A stretch of 64,000 nucleotides of DNA, taken from the NCBI GenBank assembly GCA_049720475.1, contig JBNASH010000036.1, positions 1,339-65,338 of the forward strand. Direction: 5' to 3'. Position numbers and translations under genes: made by a program. The notes below the pieces were generated by a model. The model did no database searches. It was given only the letters and a program-made list of their open reading frames with translations, and was not told the origin of the DNA. This DNA is from Minisyncoccia bacterium. Lineage in GTDB: Bacteria > Patescibacteriota > Minisyncoccia > UBA6257 > JAAZHW01. Positions 18,086 through 27,434 of this stretch are shown piece after piece (position 1 is the stretch's first letter; the number at the start of each line of letters is the position of its first letter).

Positions 18086-20010
18086 GGCTAAATTTCAAAA
18101 AAAATAAAAAAATAAAAAGAAAAAGCGATTTTTTGGAAGCGGAAGAAATTTTGTTTAATAAAGAGGCGCTGTCTAAATTAAGTGATTTAGAAGAGGTGCA
18201 AAGGCTGGAATTAGATATTGGCCGCTGGGGTTTGGATTTATTATTGATTTTTTTTGTTTTGTTTTTGGTTTTTGCTCTTAGTTGGGTTTTTGTTTTGAAT
18301 ATTTCCAAGGGGAAAGAATTAAAATTAGCCGCCCAACAAAATGCGATGACTTCTATTCCTATTATTGCTAATAGAGGTTTAATTTTTGATAAATTTAATA
18401 AGGAATTGGTTTATAATCAAGAAGTTTTTGATTTGGTTCTTTTCCCTGTTTATTTGCCGGTTGATAAAACAGAAAGGACAGAAATTTTAGAGAAAATCAG
18501 ACAAGATAAAGATATTGCTGCTTCATTAGCGGAAGAAAAATTAGAAGAAAATAAAAATTTAGAACCAATTGTTTTAAAAGCTGATTTAACACGAGAAGAG
18601 GCAATAAAATATGAGAGTTATTTTGCCAATATTCCAGCTATTCAAGTAATGAAACAAAACTTAAGGCAATATACAAATAGTTTTGCTTTTAGCCATGTTT
18701 TAGGCTATACCGGCCGTTTATCAAAGGAAGATATACAGCAAAAAATTTACTATCCCTCATTTATGAAAATTGGTAAGAGCGGTTTGGAAGCATTTTATGA
18801 AGATTATTTAAAGGGAGAAAATGGTGAAATAAGAATTTTAAGAAATGCTGTAATGGAAATTCTTAATCAAGGAGTAGTTAAAGAGCCGGTCGATGGTAAT
18901 AATTTATATTTAACAATCGACGCTGATCTTCAAGAATATAGTTATAATCGTTTAGCAAAACAAATAAAAAGCTTGGGCACAAAACCCAGAGGAGGCGTGG
19001 TGATTGTAACTAATCCCAATTCCGGTGAAATCCTCTCTTTAGTTAGTTATCCTGGCTATGATACTAATCTTTTTTCAAAAGGTATTAGTATTGAAGAATT
19101 TCAGAAATTAGTTAATGATAGCAGCAAACCATTATTTAATCGAGCGATTTTGGGAATGTACAATCCAGGTTCAACTATTAAGCCTATTATGGCCACGGCG
19201 GCTTTGGCAGAGAAGATCATAGATCCTTATCAAAAGATTGAAACGCATGGTTATATTACTATCCCGAATCCTTATTTTCCTGATAAACCTTCTATTTTTG
19301 TTGATTGGCGCAATAATGGTTATGTGAATATGATTGATGCAATTGCACGTTCAAGTAATGTTTATTTTTATATCATTGGTGGCGGCTATCAACAATATCA
19401 AGGGTTGGGAATTGAAAAAATAAAAAAATATTTAGAAGAATTTCAATTTAATTCCATTACAGGAATTGATTTGCCATCCGAAAAAATCGGCTATATTCCC
19501 GACGAAAAAAGCAAAAATCCTTGGCGAATAGGTGATACTTATAATGTTTCAATCGGACAGGGTGATCTAACAGTAACCCCTATCCGTCTTATTACCAGTT
19601 TAAACTCTTTGATTAACGGGGGTCGTTTATTAAGGCCTTATCTTGTTGATCACATTAGCGCCAATAATAATCAAATCGTTTTACAAAACAATCCCCAAGT
19701 TATTAAAGATAACTTTCTTAACCCCGATGATTTAAAGATTGTAAAAGAGGGGATGGGCCAAACAGTCAAAAGTGTTATGGGAACAGCGCATTTGTTAGCT
19801 GATTTGCCGTTTAGCGTTGGCGGTAAAAGTGGTAGTGCTCAAACTACTGGTAACACAAAAATAAATGCTTTATTTTATGGCTTTGCGCCATTTGAAAATC
19901 CAAAAATTTCAATTTTAGTTTTGATTGAGGATGTTCCAGAGGGTTCGTTGAATGCTATTCCAGTAGTAAAAGATATTTTATTGTGGTATTATAAAAATAG
20001 AGGATTTTAG
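18082..20010 (+). CDS. mrdA: penicillin-binding protein 2 (elongasome transpeptidase)
   Basis: Transpeptidase motifs STIKP (SxxK), SSN, KSGS(A) (KTG-like); N-terminal TM and dimerisation domain. Confidence 0.8.
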   Translation: MRLNFKKNKKIKRKSDFLEAEEILFNKEALSKLSDLEEVQRLELDIGRWGLDLLLIFFVLFLVFALSWVFVLNISKGKELKLAAQQNAMTSIPIIANRGLIFDKFNKELVYNQEVFDLVLFPVYLPVDKTERTEILEKIRQDKDIAASLAEEKLEENKNLEPIVLKADLTREEAIKYESYFANIPAIQVMKQNLRQYTNSFAFSHVLGYTGRLSKEDIQQKIYYPSFMKIGKSGLEAFYEDYLKGENGEIRILRNAVMEILNQGVVKEPVDGNNLYLTIDADLQEYSYNRLAKQIKSLGTKPRGGVVIVTNPNSGEILSLVSYPGYDTNLFSKGISIEEFQKLVNDSSKPLFNRAILGMYNPGSTIKPIMATAALAEKIIDPYQKIETHGYITIPNPYFPDKPSIFVDWRNNGYVNMIDAIARSSNVYFYIIGGGYQQYQGLGIEKIKKYLEEFQFNSITGIDLPSEKIGYIPDEKSKNPWRIGDTYNVSIGQGDLTVTPIRLITSLNSLINGGRLLRPYLVDHISANNNQIVLQNNPQVIKDNFLNPDDLKIVKEGMGQTVKSVMGTAHLLADLPFSVGGKSGSAQTTGNTKINALFYGFAPFENPKISILVLIEDVPEGSLNAIPVVKDILLWYYKNRGF

Positions 20011-20054
20011 TCGGAATCGAAGGTCTTTAGAAAGATCATATTTTTTATTTTATT

Positions 20055-20522
20055 ATGAGCGACCAAATTTATTTATCCAAAGAAAAATACGAAGAATTAA
20101 AACAAGAATTAGAAGAAAGAAAAACAAAAATTCGTAATAAAATTGCGAATGATTTGAAACATGCCAAAGAATTAGGGGATTTGTCGGAAAATGCGGCCTA
20201 TGCTGAAGCCAAAGAGGCGAAGCAAAAAAATGATCAGCGTATTGCTGAGCTCGAAAGCATCTTGCATAATTGTATTATTGTTGAAAAACAAGAAAAAAAT
20301 GATAAAGTAAATATAGGATCAACGGTGAAATTAGAAGATGAAAATGGTAATATTTCAGAATACACTATTGTCGGTTCTTTAGAAAGTGATCCAGGCAAAA
20401 AATGCATTTCTTTTAAGTCGCCATTGGGTGAATCTTTATTAAATAGAAAAGTTGGGGATGAGGTAACATTTTGCGGACCCAATAATAATTGTAAAAAGTA
20501 TAAAATTTTAGAAATTAAATAA
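20055..20522 (+). CDS. greA: transcription elongation factor GreA
   Basis: N-terminal coiled-coil with acidic tip, C-terminal FKBP-like domain, 155 aa. Confidence 0.85.
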   Translation: MSDQIYLSKEKYEELKQELEERKTKIRNKIANDLKHAKELGDLSENAAYAEAKEAKQKNDQRIAELESILHNCIIVEKQEKNDKVNIGSTVKLEDENGNISEYTIVGSLESDPGKKCISFKSPLGESLLNRKVGDEVTFCGPNNNCKKYKILEIK

Positions 20523-20523
20523 T

Positions 20524-22002
20524 ATGTCAACAGCTGATCAAATAAAAAAAATAAGATTGAAAAAGGTGGCGGAATTGATAAAAAAAGGAGAGGATGTTTA
20601 TCCTAGTCAATCACAGAAAAATACTTCTATTGAAGAGGTTTTATTGAATTTTGAGACGTGGAGCAAGCGAAAGAAAAAAGTTTGGTTAGCTGGTAGAATT
20701 ATGAGCTTGCGTTTTCATGGCAAAATTATTTTTGTTGATTTAAGAGATGGAACTGGTGATTTGCAATTGGTTTTTAGGGTAGGGGAGACAAAAAATTTTG
20801 AGAATGTTGAGAAATTTTTAGATGCAAGTGATTTTATTGAAGTAAACGGCTATCCTTTTCAAACCCAACGCGGAGAAAAAAGTTTATTAATTTTAAATTG
20901 GCGATTATTGGCTAAAAGTTTAAAGCCATTACCTTCAGAATGGTATGGTTTAAAAGATGTTGAGGAGAGATTTCGCAAACGCTACATCGACTTAGCTCTC
21001 AATAAAGACGTTAAGGAAAGATTTTATTTACGAGCAAAAATTATTCGCGCCTTGCGAGATTTTTTGGAAAAAGAGGGATTTATAGAAGTGGAAACACCAA
21101 TACTTCAAACTCTCCATGGCGGAGCTTTAGCACGCCCTTTCAAAACCAAACTCAACGCTTTGAATATGCCGCTTTATTTAAGGATCGCGCCAGAGCTTTA
21201 TTTAAAAAAATTAATTGTTGGTGGTTTTGAAAAAATTTATGAAATTGGCAAATGTTTTCGCAATGAAGGTATTGATAAAACGCATAATCCCGAATTTACA
21301 ATGATGGAACTATACTGGGCTTATCAAAATTATGAAGGATTGATGAATTTTGTTGAGGAATTAATCACAACCATCCTTAAGAAAATTTTTGCCAACAGCA
21401 AAAACCCTCTGCTTTTAACTTATGATAACAAAACAATAAATTTTGAAAGACCATGGCCAAGAATTGGTTTTTTGGAATTAATTAAACAAAAAACTAATCT
21501 TGATCCTCAATTACATAGTGAAAAAGAAATCTTGGCCTTTTTGCAGAGTAGAGGGGTAGAAATAAAAGATGAGATGAAGAATCAAAATAGATGGGAACTT
21601 CTTGATGAGGTTTATAAGAAAGTTTGCTTGGAAGAAATTGTTCAACCTACTTTTATTATTCATCATCCCGTTGCTCTTTCTCCTTTGGCAAAAATCAGAA
21701 AAGAAAATAAAGAAGAGACAGAGCGATTCCAATTGGTAGTAGCGGGCGTCGAATTTGTTAATGGTTATTCTGAGTTAAATGATCCAGTTGATCAAGCAGA
21801 ACGATTCAAGAATCAGGAACAGAGAAGAAAGGCAGGTAATGAGGAGGCCAGTCCTTTTGATAAAGATTTTGTTGAAGCGTTAGAATATGGCATGCCCCCA
21901 ACTGCTGGGGTAGGCATTGGCATTGACCGTTTGGTAATGCTTTTAACTAACGCTCCATCTATTAAAGAGGTCATTTTCTTTCCATTTATGCGAAATAAAT
22001 AA
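20524..22002 (+). CDS. lysS: lysyl-tRNA synthetase class II
   Basis: OB anticodon-binding N-domain, motif 2 FRNEGIDKTHNPEFTMMELYWAY, motif 3 GIGIDRLVMLL. Confidence 0.9.
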   Translation: MSTADQIKKIRLKKVAELIKKGEDVYPSQSQKNTSIEEVLLNFETWSKRKKKVWLAGRIMSLRFHGKIIFVDLRDGTGDLQLVFRVGETKNFENVEKFLDASDFIEVNGYPFQTQRGEKSLLILNWRLLAKSLKPLPSEWYGLKDVEERFRKRYIDLALNKDVKERFYLRAKIIRALRDFLEKEGFIEVETPILQTLHGGALARPFKTKLNALNMPLYLRIAPELYLKKLIVGGFEKIYEIGKCFRNEGIDKTHNPEFTMMELYWAYQNYEGLMNFVEELITTILKKIFANSKNPLLLTYDNKTINFERPWPRIGFLELIKQKTNLDPQLHSEKEILAFLQSRGVEIKDEMKNQNRWELLDEVYKKVCLEEIVQPTFIIHHPVALSPLAKIRKENKEETERFQLVVAGVEFVNGYSELNDPVDQAERFKNQEQRRKAGNEEASPFDKDFVEALEYGMPPTAGVGIGIDRLVMLLTNAPSIKEVIFFPFMRNK

Positions 22003-22003
22003 T

Positions 22004-23242
22004 ATGCTTACTTATCTTTTAAGACAAATTAGAGAAAAACCAACCTATTTTGAGGAGGGTTTAAAGAAAAAAAATAAAGACCCGAACCTTGTTAAAAAAA
22101 TTGTTGAGTTGGACAAGGAATATCGGGGTGTTTTGTCGGAAATAGAATTTTTAAGATCTGAATTAAATATTTTATCAAAAGAAGCTGCCAAAAATTTCAG
22201 TCAGGATCATTTAGAAAAAGCAAAAGGGACTAAGCAGCGAATCAAAGAATTAGAAAAACAATTGGAGCCATTAGAAAAATCATTGGACGAATTGCTTTAC
22301 CGCATACCCAACATTCCATTACCTGATGTGCCAGTGGGAAAGGATGAAACAGAGAATGTTGTTTTGCGAGAAGTAGGAGAGAAACCAAATTTTAAATTTG
22401 AGCCTAAAGATTATTTGTCTTTGGTTGAAGATAATTGGATTGATGTCAAAAGAGCGGCAAAAGTATCAGGAACGCGTTTTGGTTATTTAAAAAATGAAGC
22501 AGTACTTTTGGAATATGCGATAGTCCGATGGGTGATGAATGTTTTAAAAGGAAAAGGATTTATTCCTGTGGTTCCGCCGGCTTTGATTTCGAGCAAAGCA
22601 ATGAAGGCAATGGGTTATATTGATGAAGAAAAAGATTTGGCCGAGCGTTATTATTTTCCGCAGGATGAATTGTTTTTAATTGGGACGGCCGAACAGGCCA
22701 TTGGGCCGATGCATATGGATGAAATTTTGGAAGAAAAACAATTGCCGCTTCGTTATATTGCTTTTTCTCCTTGTTTTAGGCGAGAGGCAGGTTCTTATGG
22801 TAGAGATACAAAGGGAATATGGCGTGTTCATTATTTTGAAAAATTAGAAATGTTTATTTTTTGTACCCCAGAACAATCTGAAAGTGAACATCAGTTAATT
22901 TTGTCCATTGAAGAAGAATTGATGCAGGCTCTAAAAATTCCTTATCGCGTTGTTCAATTATGTACTGGTGATTTAGCTAATCCTTCGGCAAAGAGTTTTG
23001 ATATTGAAGCATGGTTGCCATCGCAAAATCGTTATGCTGAAACCCATTCTTGTAGTAATTGTACGGATTTTCAGTCTCAGCGTTTAAATATTCGTTACAA
23101 AAGCAAAGGAGGTTTGCAATATGTTCATACTTTAAATGGAACTGCTTTTGCAATTGGCAGAATTTTGGTGGCTATCATAGAGAATTATCAGAGAAAAGAT
23201 GGCACAATTGAGATACCGGAGGTGCTCAAAAAATATTTATAA
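22004..23242 (+). CDS. serS: seryl-tRNA synthetase
   Basis: N-terminal coiled-coil arm, motif 2 FRREAGSYGRDTKGIWRVHYFEKLEMF, motif 3 GTAFAIGRIL. Confidence 0.9.
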   Translation: MLTYLLRQIREKPTYFEEGLKKKNKDPNLVKKIVELDKEYRGVLSEIEFLRSELNILSKEAAKNFSQDHLEKAKGTKQRIKELEKQLEPLEKSLDELLYRIPNIPLPDVPVGKDETENVVLREVGEKPNFKFEPKDYLSLVEDNWIDVKRAAKVSGTRFGYLKNEAVLLEYAIVRWVMNVLKGKGFIPVVPPALISSKAMKAMGYIDEEKDLAERYYFPQDELFLIGTAEQAIGPMHMDEILEEKQLPLRYIAFSPCFRREAGSYGRDTKGIWRVHYFEKLEMFIFCTPEQSESEHQLILSIEEELMQALKIPYRVVQLCTGDLANPSAKSFDIEAWLPSQNRYAETHSCSNCTDFQSQRLNIRYKSKGGLQYVHTLNGTAFAIGRILVAIIENYQRKDGTIEIPEVLKKYL

Positions 23243-23254
23243 TTTATAATATAT

Positions 23255-24040
23255 TTGATGTTTGCTACCAATCTTAATACCTACCGCTTAAGACAAATTC
23301 AAAAAAGGCGTCAGAAAAAAAAGCGTTTATTAGTAATGTCTTTCATTTTTTTATTTTTAATAGCCGCGTGGGCCTTTATTTTCTATTCTAAAATTTTCTT
23401 TTTTGAAAAATTAATAATTACCAACAATAATTTAGCTTCAATTGGGGATATTTATAAAAAATTTCAGGAAATTAATCATAATCGAAGATTATTCCAAGTT
23501 TTTAGTTTGGCTAACAATCTTCTTTTTTGGAACAATGATTCGTGTGATAAAATTGGGGAAGCCTCACTGGCGATAGAAAGCATAAATTGCCAAAAGAATT
23601 TTTTAAATAAAACGATAAAAATTTTAGTGAAAGAAAGAGAGCCGCTGTTTTTGTTTTATGATGAGGGATCGAAACAATATTTTTATTTAGATAAAGAGGG
23701 AGTGCTTTTTTATTCAATAAATGAAAACAATGCAAAAAACCTAATTTTAATTTATAACAAAAGCAGCAATATTTATCATTTAGGCGATAAATTAACGATT
23801 GATCTCGAAAAGGTTAAGGATTTAGCGACAGTTATTCAAAAAAATTTTAACTTTAGATATTTTGAATTAGAAAATCAGGATATTGTTGCGGTGTGTGATA
23901 AAGGATTTAGAATTTTAATTAGCCTTAATAAATTATTGGAAACAACGAAATTCATTCCTAAATTATTCGAAAGTAATTTTGAGCTAAATAATTTAGAGTA
24001 TTTAGATTTGAGGTTTTTGCCAAAAATTTATTACAAATAG
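23255..24040 (+). CDS. hypothetical bitopic membrane protein (FtsQ/DivIB-like topology, unconfirmed)
   Basis: Basic cytoplasmic N-terminus RLRQIQKRRQKKKR, single TM, extracytoplasmic domain; no confident motif. Confidence 0.3.
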   Translation: MMFATNLNTYRLRQIQKRRQKKKRLLVMSFIFLFLIAAWAFIFYSKIFFFEKLIITNNNLASIGDIYKKFQEINHNRRLFQVFSLANNLLFWNNDSCDKIGEASLAIESINCQKNFLNKTIKILVKEREPLFLFYDEGSKQYFYLDKEGVLFYSINENNAKNLILIYNKSSNIYHLGDKLTIDLEKVKDLATVIQKNFNFRYFELENQDIVAVCDKGFRILISLNKLLETTKFIPKLFESNFELNNLEYLDLRFLPKIYYK

Positions 24041-24043
24041 TTT

Positions 24044-24769
24044 TTAGCGCGCCACTGTCAGGCCGATGATTTTTGCAGCGCCGTTATTTTTTAAAACTTT
24101 CGCCGCTTCTTGAAGGGTGGCGCCAGAGGTGAAAACATCATCAACAAGAATTACTTTTTGTTTATAGATTAAATCTGGATTTGTTATAGAAAATATATTC
24201 TCGATGTTTTTATAACGTTGTTCATAACTTTCGATTTGGGCTTGAGGCGGATTGTTTACTTTACGAACTAAAACATTGTTAAAAATTTTAAGATTAAATT
24301 GAGTGGCAAAGACTTTAGCTATTTCTTCACTTTGATTAAAACCGCGTTCACAAAATTTATTCTTATGAAGGGGAACAGGAATGATGATGTAATCTTTCCA
24401 ATTTTCATTAATTGTTTTTGTTGTTTTTTCCCAAAAAATAATCAAAAATTCTCCTAAAGTTAAAGCAATTTCTTTAATATAATTATATTTAAATTGATGA
24501 ATGAGGGCTTTAACAGCCACATCTTCATAATTAGTAGCTGATCCCAAAAAATCGAGATAAGATTTTTTATTGGAATGGTGGCATTTTTTGAACTCGCTTA
24601 GTCGTTTATGACAAATAGGGCAAACGAATCCGGAAGAAATAAAGATTTTATTAAAACAATTGTCACATAAGTAACGTTTCCTTTTAGACGGAACAAAAGA
24701 TTGACAATTGACACAATAAACAGGGAAAAGACAATCAAAAATAAAATTTTTGATATCTGTGATTTTCAT
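24044..24769 (-). CDS. comFC: competence protein ComFC (phosphoribosyltransferase family)
   Basis: N-terminal double CxxC zinc finger, C-terminal PRTase motif VILVDDVFTSGATL. Confidence 0.8.
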   Translation of the reverse strand: MKITDIKNFIFDCLFPVYCVNCQSFVPSKRKRYLCDNCFNKIFISSGFVCPICHKRLSEFKKCHHSNKKSYLDFLGSATNYEDVAVKALIHQFKYNYIKEIALTLGEFLIIFWEKTTKTINENWKDYIIIPVPLHKNKFCERGFNQSEEIAKVFATQFNLKIFNNVLVRKVNNPPQAQIESYEQRYKNIENIFSITNPDLIYKQKVILVDDVFTSGATLQEAAKVLKNNGAAKIIGLTVAR

Positions 24770-24840
24770 TATTGTGGATAATTTTATTTAATATTTTATA
24801 ATTGTTTTTTATAATAGAAAAGAGATAAAGAATTCTAACT

Positions 24841-25881
24841 ATGCGTGTTTTGGGAATTGATATTGGAACAACTAATATTAAGGTGGTGGAACTATCTGAG
24901 GCAGGCGATCAGAGGGTTTTAGAGAATTATGGAATTTTAGAAACTTATGGTTATTTAGAACGTAATAACGCGACAATTCAAAGCAACTATTTTAAATTAG
25001 TTGAGGATATTACTGTTGATCTTATCAAAAAACTTTTTTTGGTTTTAAAACCAAAAACTAAAAGAGCAATTTTTTCTTTGCCGGTTTTTTCTAGTTTTAT
25101 CACCCAATTTGATTTGCCTTTTGTTGATAAAAAAGAAATTGCTAATGCCGTGATTTTTGAAGCAAAAAAATATATACCAGTTCCCTTGGATGATTTGGAG
25201 ATTAGTTGGATGTTGGTTGGTCAAATAAATGAAGGAACAAAACAGAAAAGCAGCATTGTTTTAATCGCCACCCCAAAAGAATTAATTGATAAATATAAAA
25301 GAATGGGGGAAATGTTGGGATTAAATGTGGTTGGTTGGGAGATTGAAGGAATTTCATTAGTTCGTTCATTAATAAAAGGCGATAAAAGAAATACTTTGAT
25401 TGTTGATATGGGAACGCAAATTACTAATTTTTTTATTGTTGAGAATGGTTTTTTAACAAATTACGAAACATTAAATATTGGTGGAGCCGAAATCACACAT
25501 GTTATTAGTCGTAGTATGGGCGTTACTAAAGAACGAGCCGAAGAATTTAAAAAGATAAAAGGATTTAAAGTTGATCCTCAGGAGATGGGAGTTGTTAATA
25601 TTTTAATGCCAATTGTGGATAACTTCGGCAACGAAATTTTAAGAATGATGGATATCTATCAACAGAAAACCAATAAAAAAATCGAACGAATTATTATTAC
25701 CGGCGGAGGGGCAAATATGCCAGGTTTAGTAGATTATTTCACACAATTTTTAAATATGCCGGTGGAAAAAGCGTGGCCATTTCAAGATATAAAATATGCT
25801 GATTTTCTAGAGCCTCTTTTGCGTGATGTAGCTCCATTTCTTTCTGTGGCTACCGGAGCAGCTTTAAGGGGCTTGGAATAG
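24841..25881 (+). CDS. pilM: type IV pilus assembly protein PilM (actin-like ATPase)
   Basis: VLGIDIGTTNIKVVEL, 346 aa, followed by PilN/PilO-like bitopic proteins and pilB/T/C/A/D. Confidence 0.7.
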   Translation: MRVLGIDIGTTNIKVVELSEAGDQRVLENYGILETYGYLERNNATIQSNYFKLVEDITVDLIKKLFLVLKPKTKRAIFSLPVFSSFITQFDLPFVDKKEIANAVIFEAKKYIPVPLDDLEISWMLVGQINEGTKQKSSIVLIATPKELIDKYKRMGEMLGLNVVGWEIEGISLVRSLIKGDKRNTLIVDMGTQITNFFIVENGFLTNYETLNIGGAEITHVISRSMGVTKERAEEFKKIKGFKVDPQEMGVVNILMPIVDNFGNEILRMMDIYQQKTNKKIERIIITGGGANMPGLVDYFTQFLNMPVEKAWPFQDIKYADFLEPLLRDVAPFLSVATGAALRGLE

Positions 25882-25909
25882 CTTTTAAAAAATATTATAA
25901 TTAAAATAT

Positions 25910-26443
25910 ATGGCTGAATTTCAAAATATAGATTTATATGCTAAAAAGAAATCCAGTGGTTGGTTGGGGAAGTTATTAACCCTCTCGATTATTTTATTAA
26001 TTATTTCTTTGGGGTTATATTTTATAGCGACTTTCTATCAAAATTATTTAAATAAAAATATCAGTGATATTAATAATAAAATTAAATCTTTGAGCAATGA
26101 GATTGCTGAGGGTGATAGAAAAGAAGTGTTGAGCTTTTACTCGCAATTAATAAATTTGAAAGCATTACTAAGCAATCACATTTATACCTCAAAAATTTTT
26201 GAACGATTAGAATTAATAACTCATCCAAAAGTGGCTTTTTCTGCATTTTCTTACGATTATAAAAACAAGTCATTAAAATTAGATGGTTATTCAGATAATT
26301 TAGAATTCATCGCTCAGCAAATTTTAGCTTTTCAGAAAGTTTCAGAATTTAGCAAAATTAATTTAACAAATTTAAGAACAAGCGACAATAAAATTTCTTT
26401 CAGTCTCGAAATAACTTTTAATCCCAATTTTATTTTAAAATAA
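25910..26443 (+). CDS. pilN: PilN-like bitopic inner-membrane pilus assembly protein
   Basis: Short cytoplasmic N-terminus, single TM, coiled-coil; operon position. Confidence 0.5.
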   Translation: MAEFQNIDLYAKKKSSGWLGKLLTLSIILLIISLGLYFIATFYQNYLNKNISDINNKIKSLSNEIAEGDRKEVLSFYSQLINLKALLSNHIYTSKIFERLELITHPKVAFSAFSYDYKNKSLKLDGYSDNLEFIAQQILAFQKVSEFSKINLTNLRTSDNKISFSLEITFNPNFILK

Positions 26444-26450
26444 TTAACCT

Positions 26451-27062
26451 ATGCAAGAAACAACCAAAAGAACTTTTAGTTTAATATTGATAATCGTCTT
26501 TTTCCTAGTATCACTAATAGTGTTTTTTAACTATACATGGCCGGCTTTATTAAAAGTTTTGGATTTAAATGATGCTTTAAAAATTGTGAAAGAAGAATAC
26601 GCAAAACAGAGTAAGTCTTTACAACTCGCTAAAGAAATTATTAATCAATACAAAAATTCATCAAATATTAATCAAATGGTTTCTTTAACGCTCCCTAAAA
26701 CCGATGAATTGTTTAATGTTTTAGCACAACTGGATAAAATTTCTAATGAAAGCGGAATATTAATCCAAAGTATTACAGTAAAAACTCCTTCCTCGAGTTC
26801 AACATCTAGTTCACCTTCTTCATCAAATGTTAGTTCAGCAAGTCAGAAAGCCTCTTTGATTAATCCAGTTCAATCTATCAGTATGGAGTTGTCGATGGTT
26901 GGAACTTATGAATCTTTTAAAACGTGGTTAAATGCAATCGAAACCAACATAAGATTAATGGATATTACTTCAATTAATATTGCTGGAGTGGCTACTTCGG
27001 AGAAAACATCATCTAATTTCTTTAATCTTCGAGTCACTTTAAACGTTTATTATCAACCATAA
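26451..27062 (+). CDS. pilO: PilO-like pilus assembly protein with Ser-rich low-complexity segment
   Basis: N-terminal TM, coiled coil, SSSTSSSPSSSNVSSAS tract; operon position. Confidence 0.45.
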   Translation: MQETTKRTFSLILIIVFFLVSLIVFFNYTWPALLKVLDLNDALKIVKEEYAKQSKSLQLAKEIINQYKNSSNINQMVSLTLPKTDELFNVLAQLDKISNESGILIQSITVKTPSSSSTSSSPSSSNVSSASQKASLINPVQSISMELSMVGTYESFKTWLNAIETNIRLMDITSINIAGVATSEKTSSNFFNLRVTLNVYYQP

Positions 27063-27063
27063 T

Positions 27064-27423
27064 ATGGAAACAGTAGAACAAAAACCAAAAACTAATATTT
27101 TTATTTATATTATAGTTATTTTAATAGCTGCTATTGCTATTGTTTATTTTGTTTTCTTTGCGCCCGAAAAAATTGCTAAAAAACAAACAACTGTTACAAC
27201 TGTTAATGTGGCAACAGAAGAAACAGGAGGGGTCGCATCTTCAAAAGGCGTCGTGTCAAAACCTAGTACCACTTCAACTTCAGATGTTACGGGAGGTTTA
27301 AGTGGTTTAAAATTAACGCCTGAAGAAATTATAAATAATCCAATTTTTCAGTCCTTGCATTCTTATACAGAATCGGTAGAATTGCCCAATTTGGGTCGTC
27401 CTAACCCATTTATTCCTTATTAA
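27064..27423 (+). CDS. small bitopic membrane protein of unknown function inside the pil operon (PilP-like position)
   Basis: 119 aa, N-terminal TM, Thr/Ser/Val-rich linker, C-terminal NPFIPY. Confidence 0.3.
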   Translation: METVEQKPKTNIFIYIIVILIAAIAIVYFVFFAPEKIAKKQTTVTTVNVATEETGGVASSKGVVSKPSTTSTSDVTGGLSGLKLTPEEIINNPIFQSLHSYTESVELPNLGRPNPFIPY

Positions 27424-27434
27424 TTTTAATTACA

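Noticed and set aside
24841-25881. FtsA identity for the actin-like ATPase at 24841
   Set aside because: Its 346-aa length and immediate downstream PilN/PilO-like bitopic proteins plus pilB/T/C/A/D argue for PilM rather than FtsA
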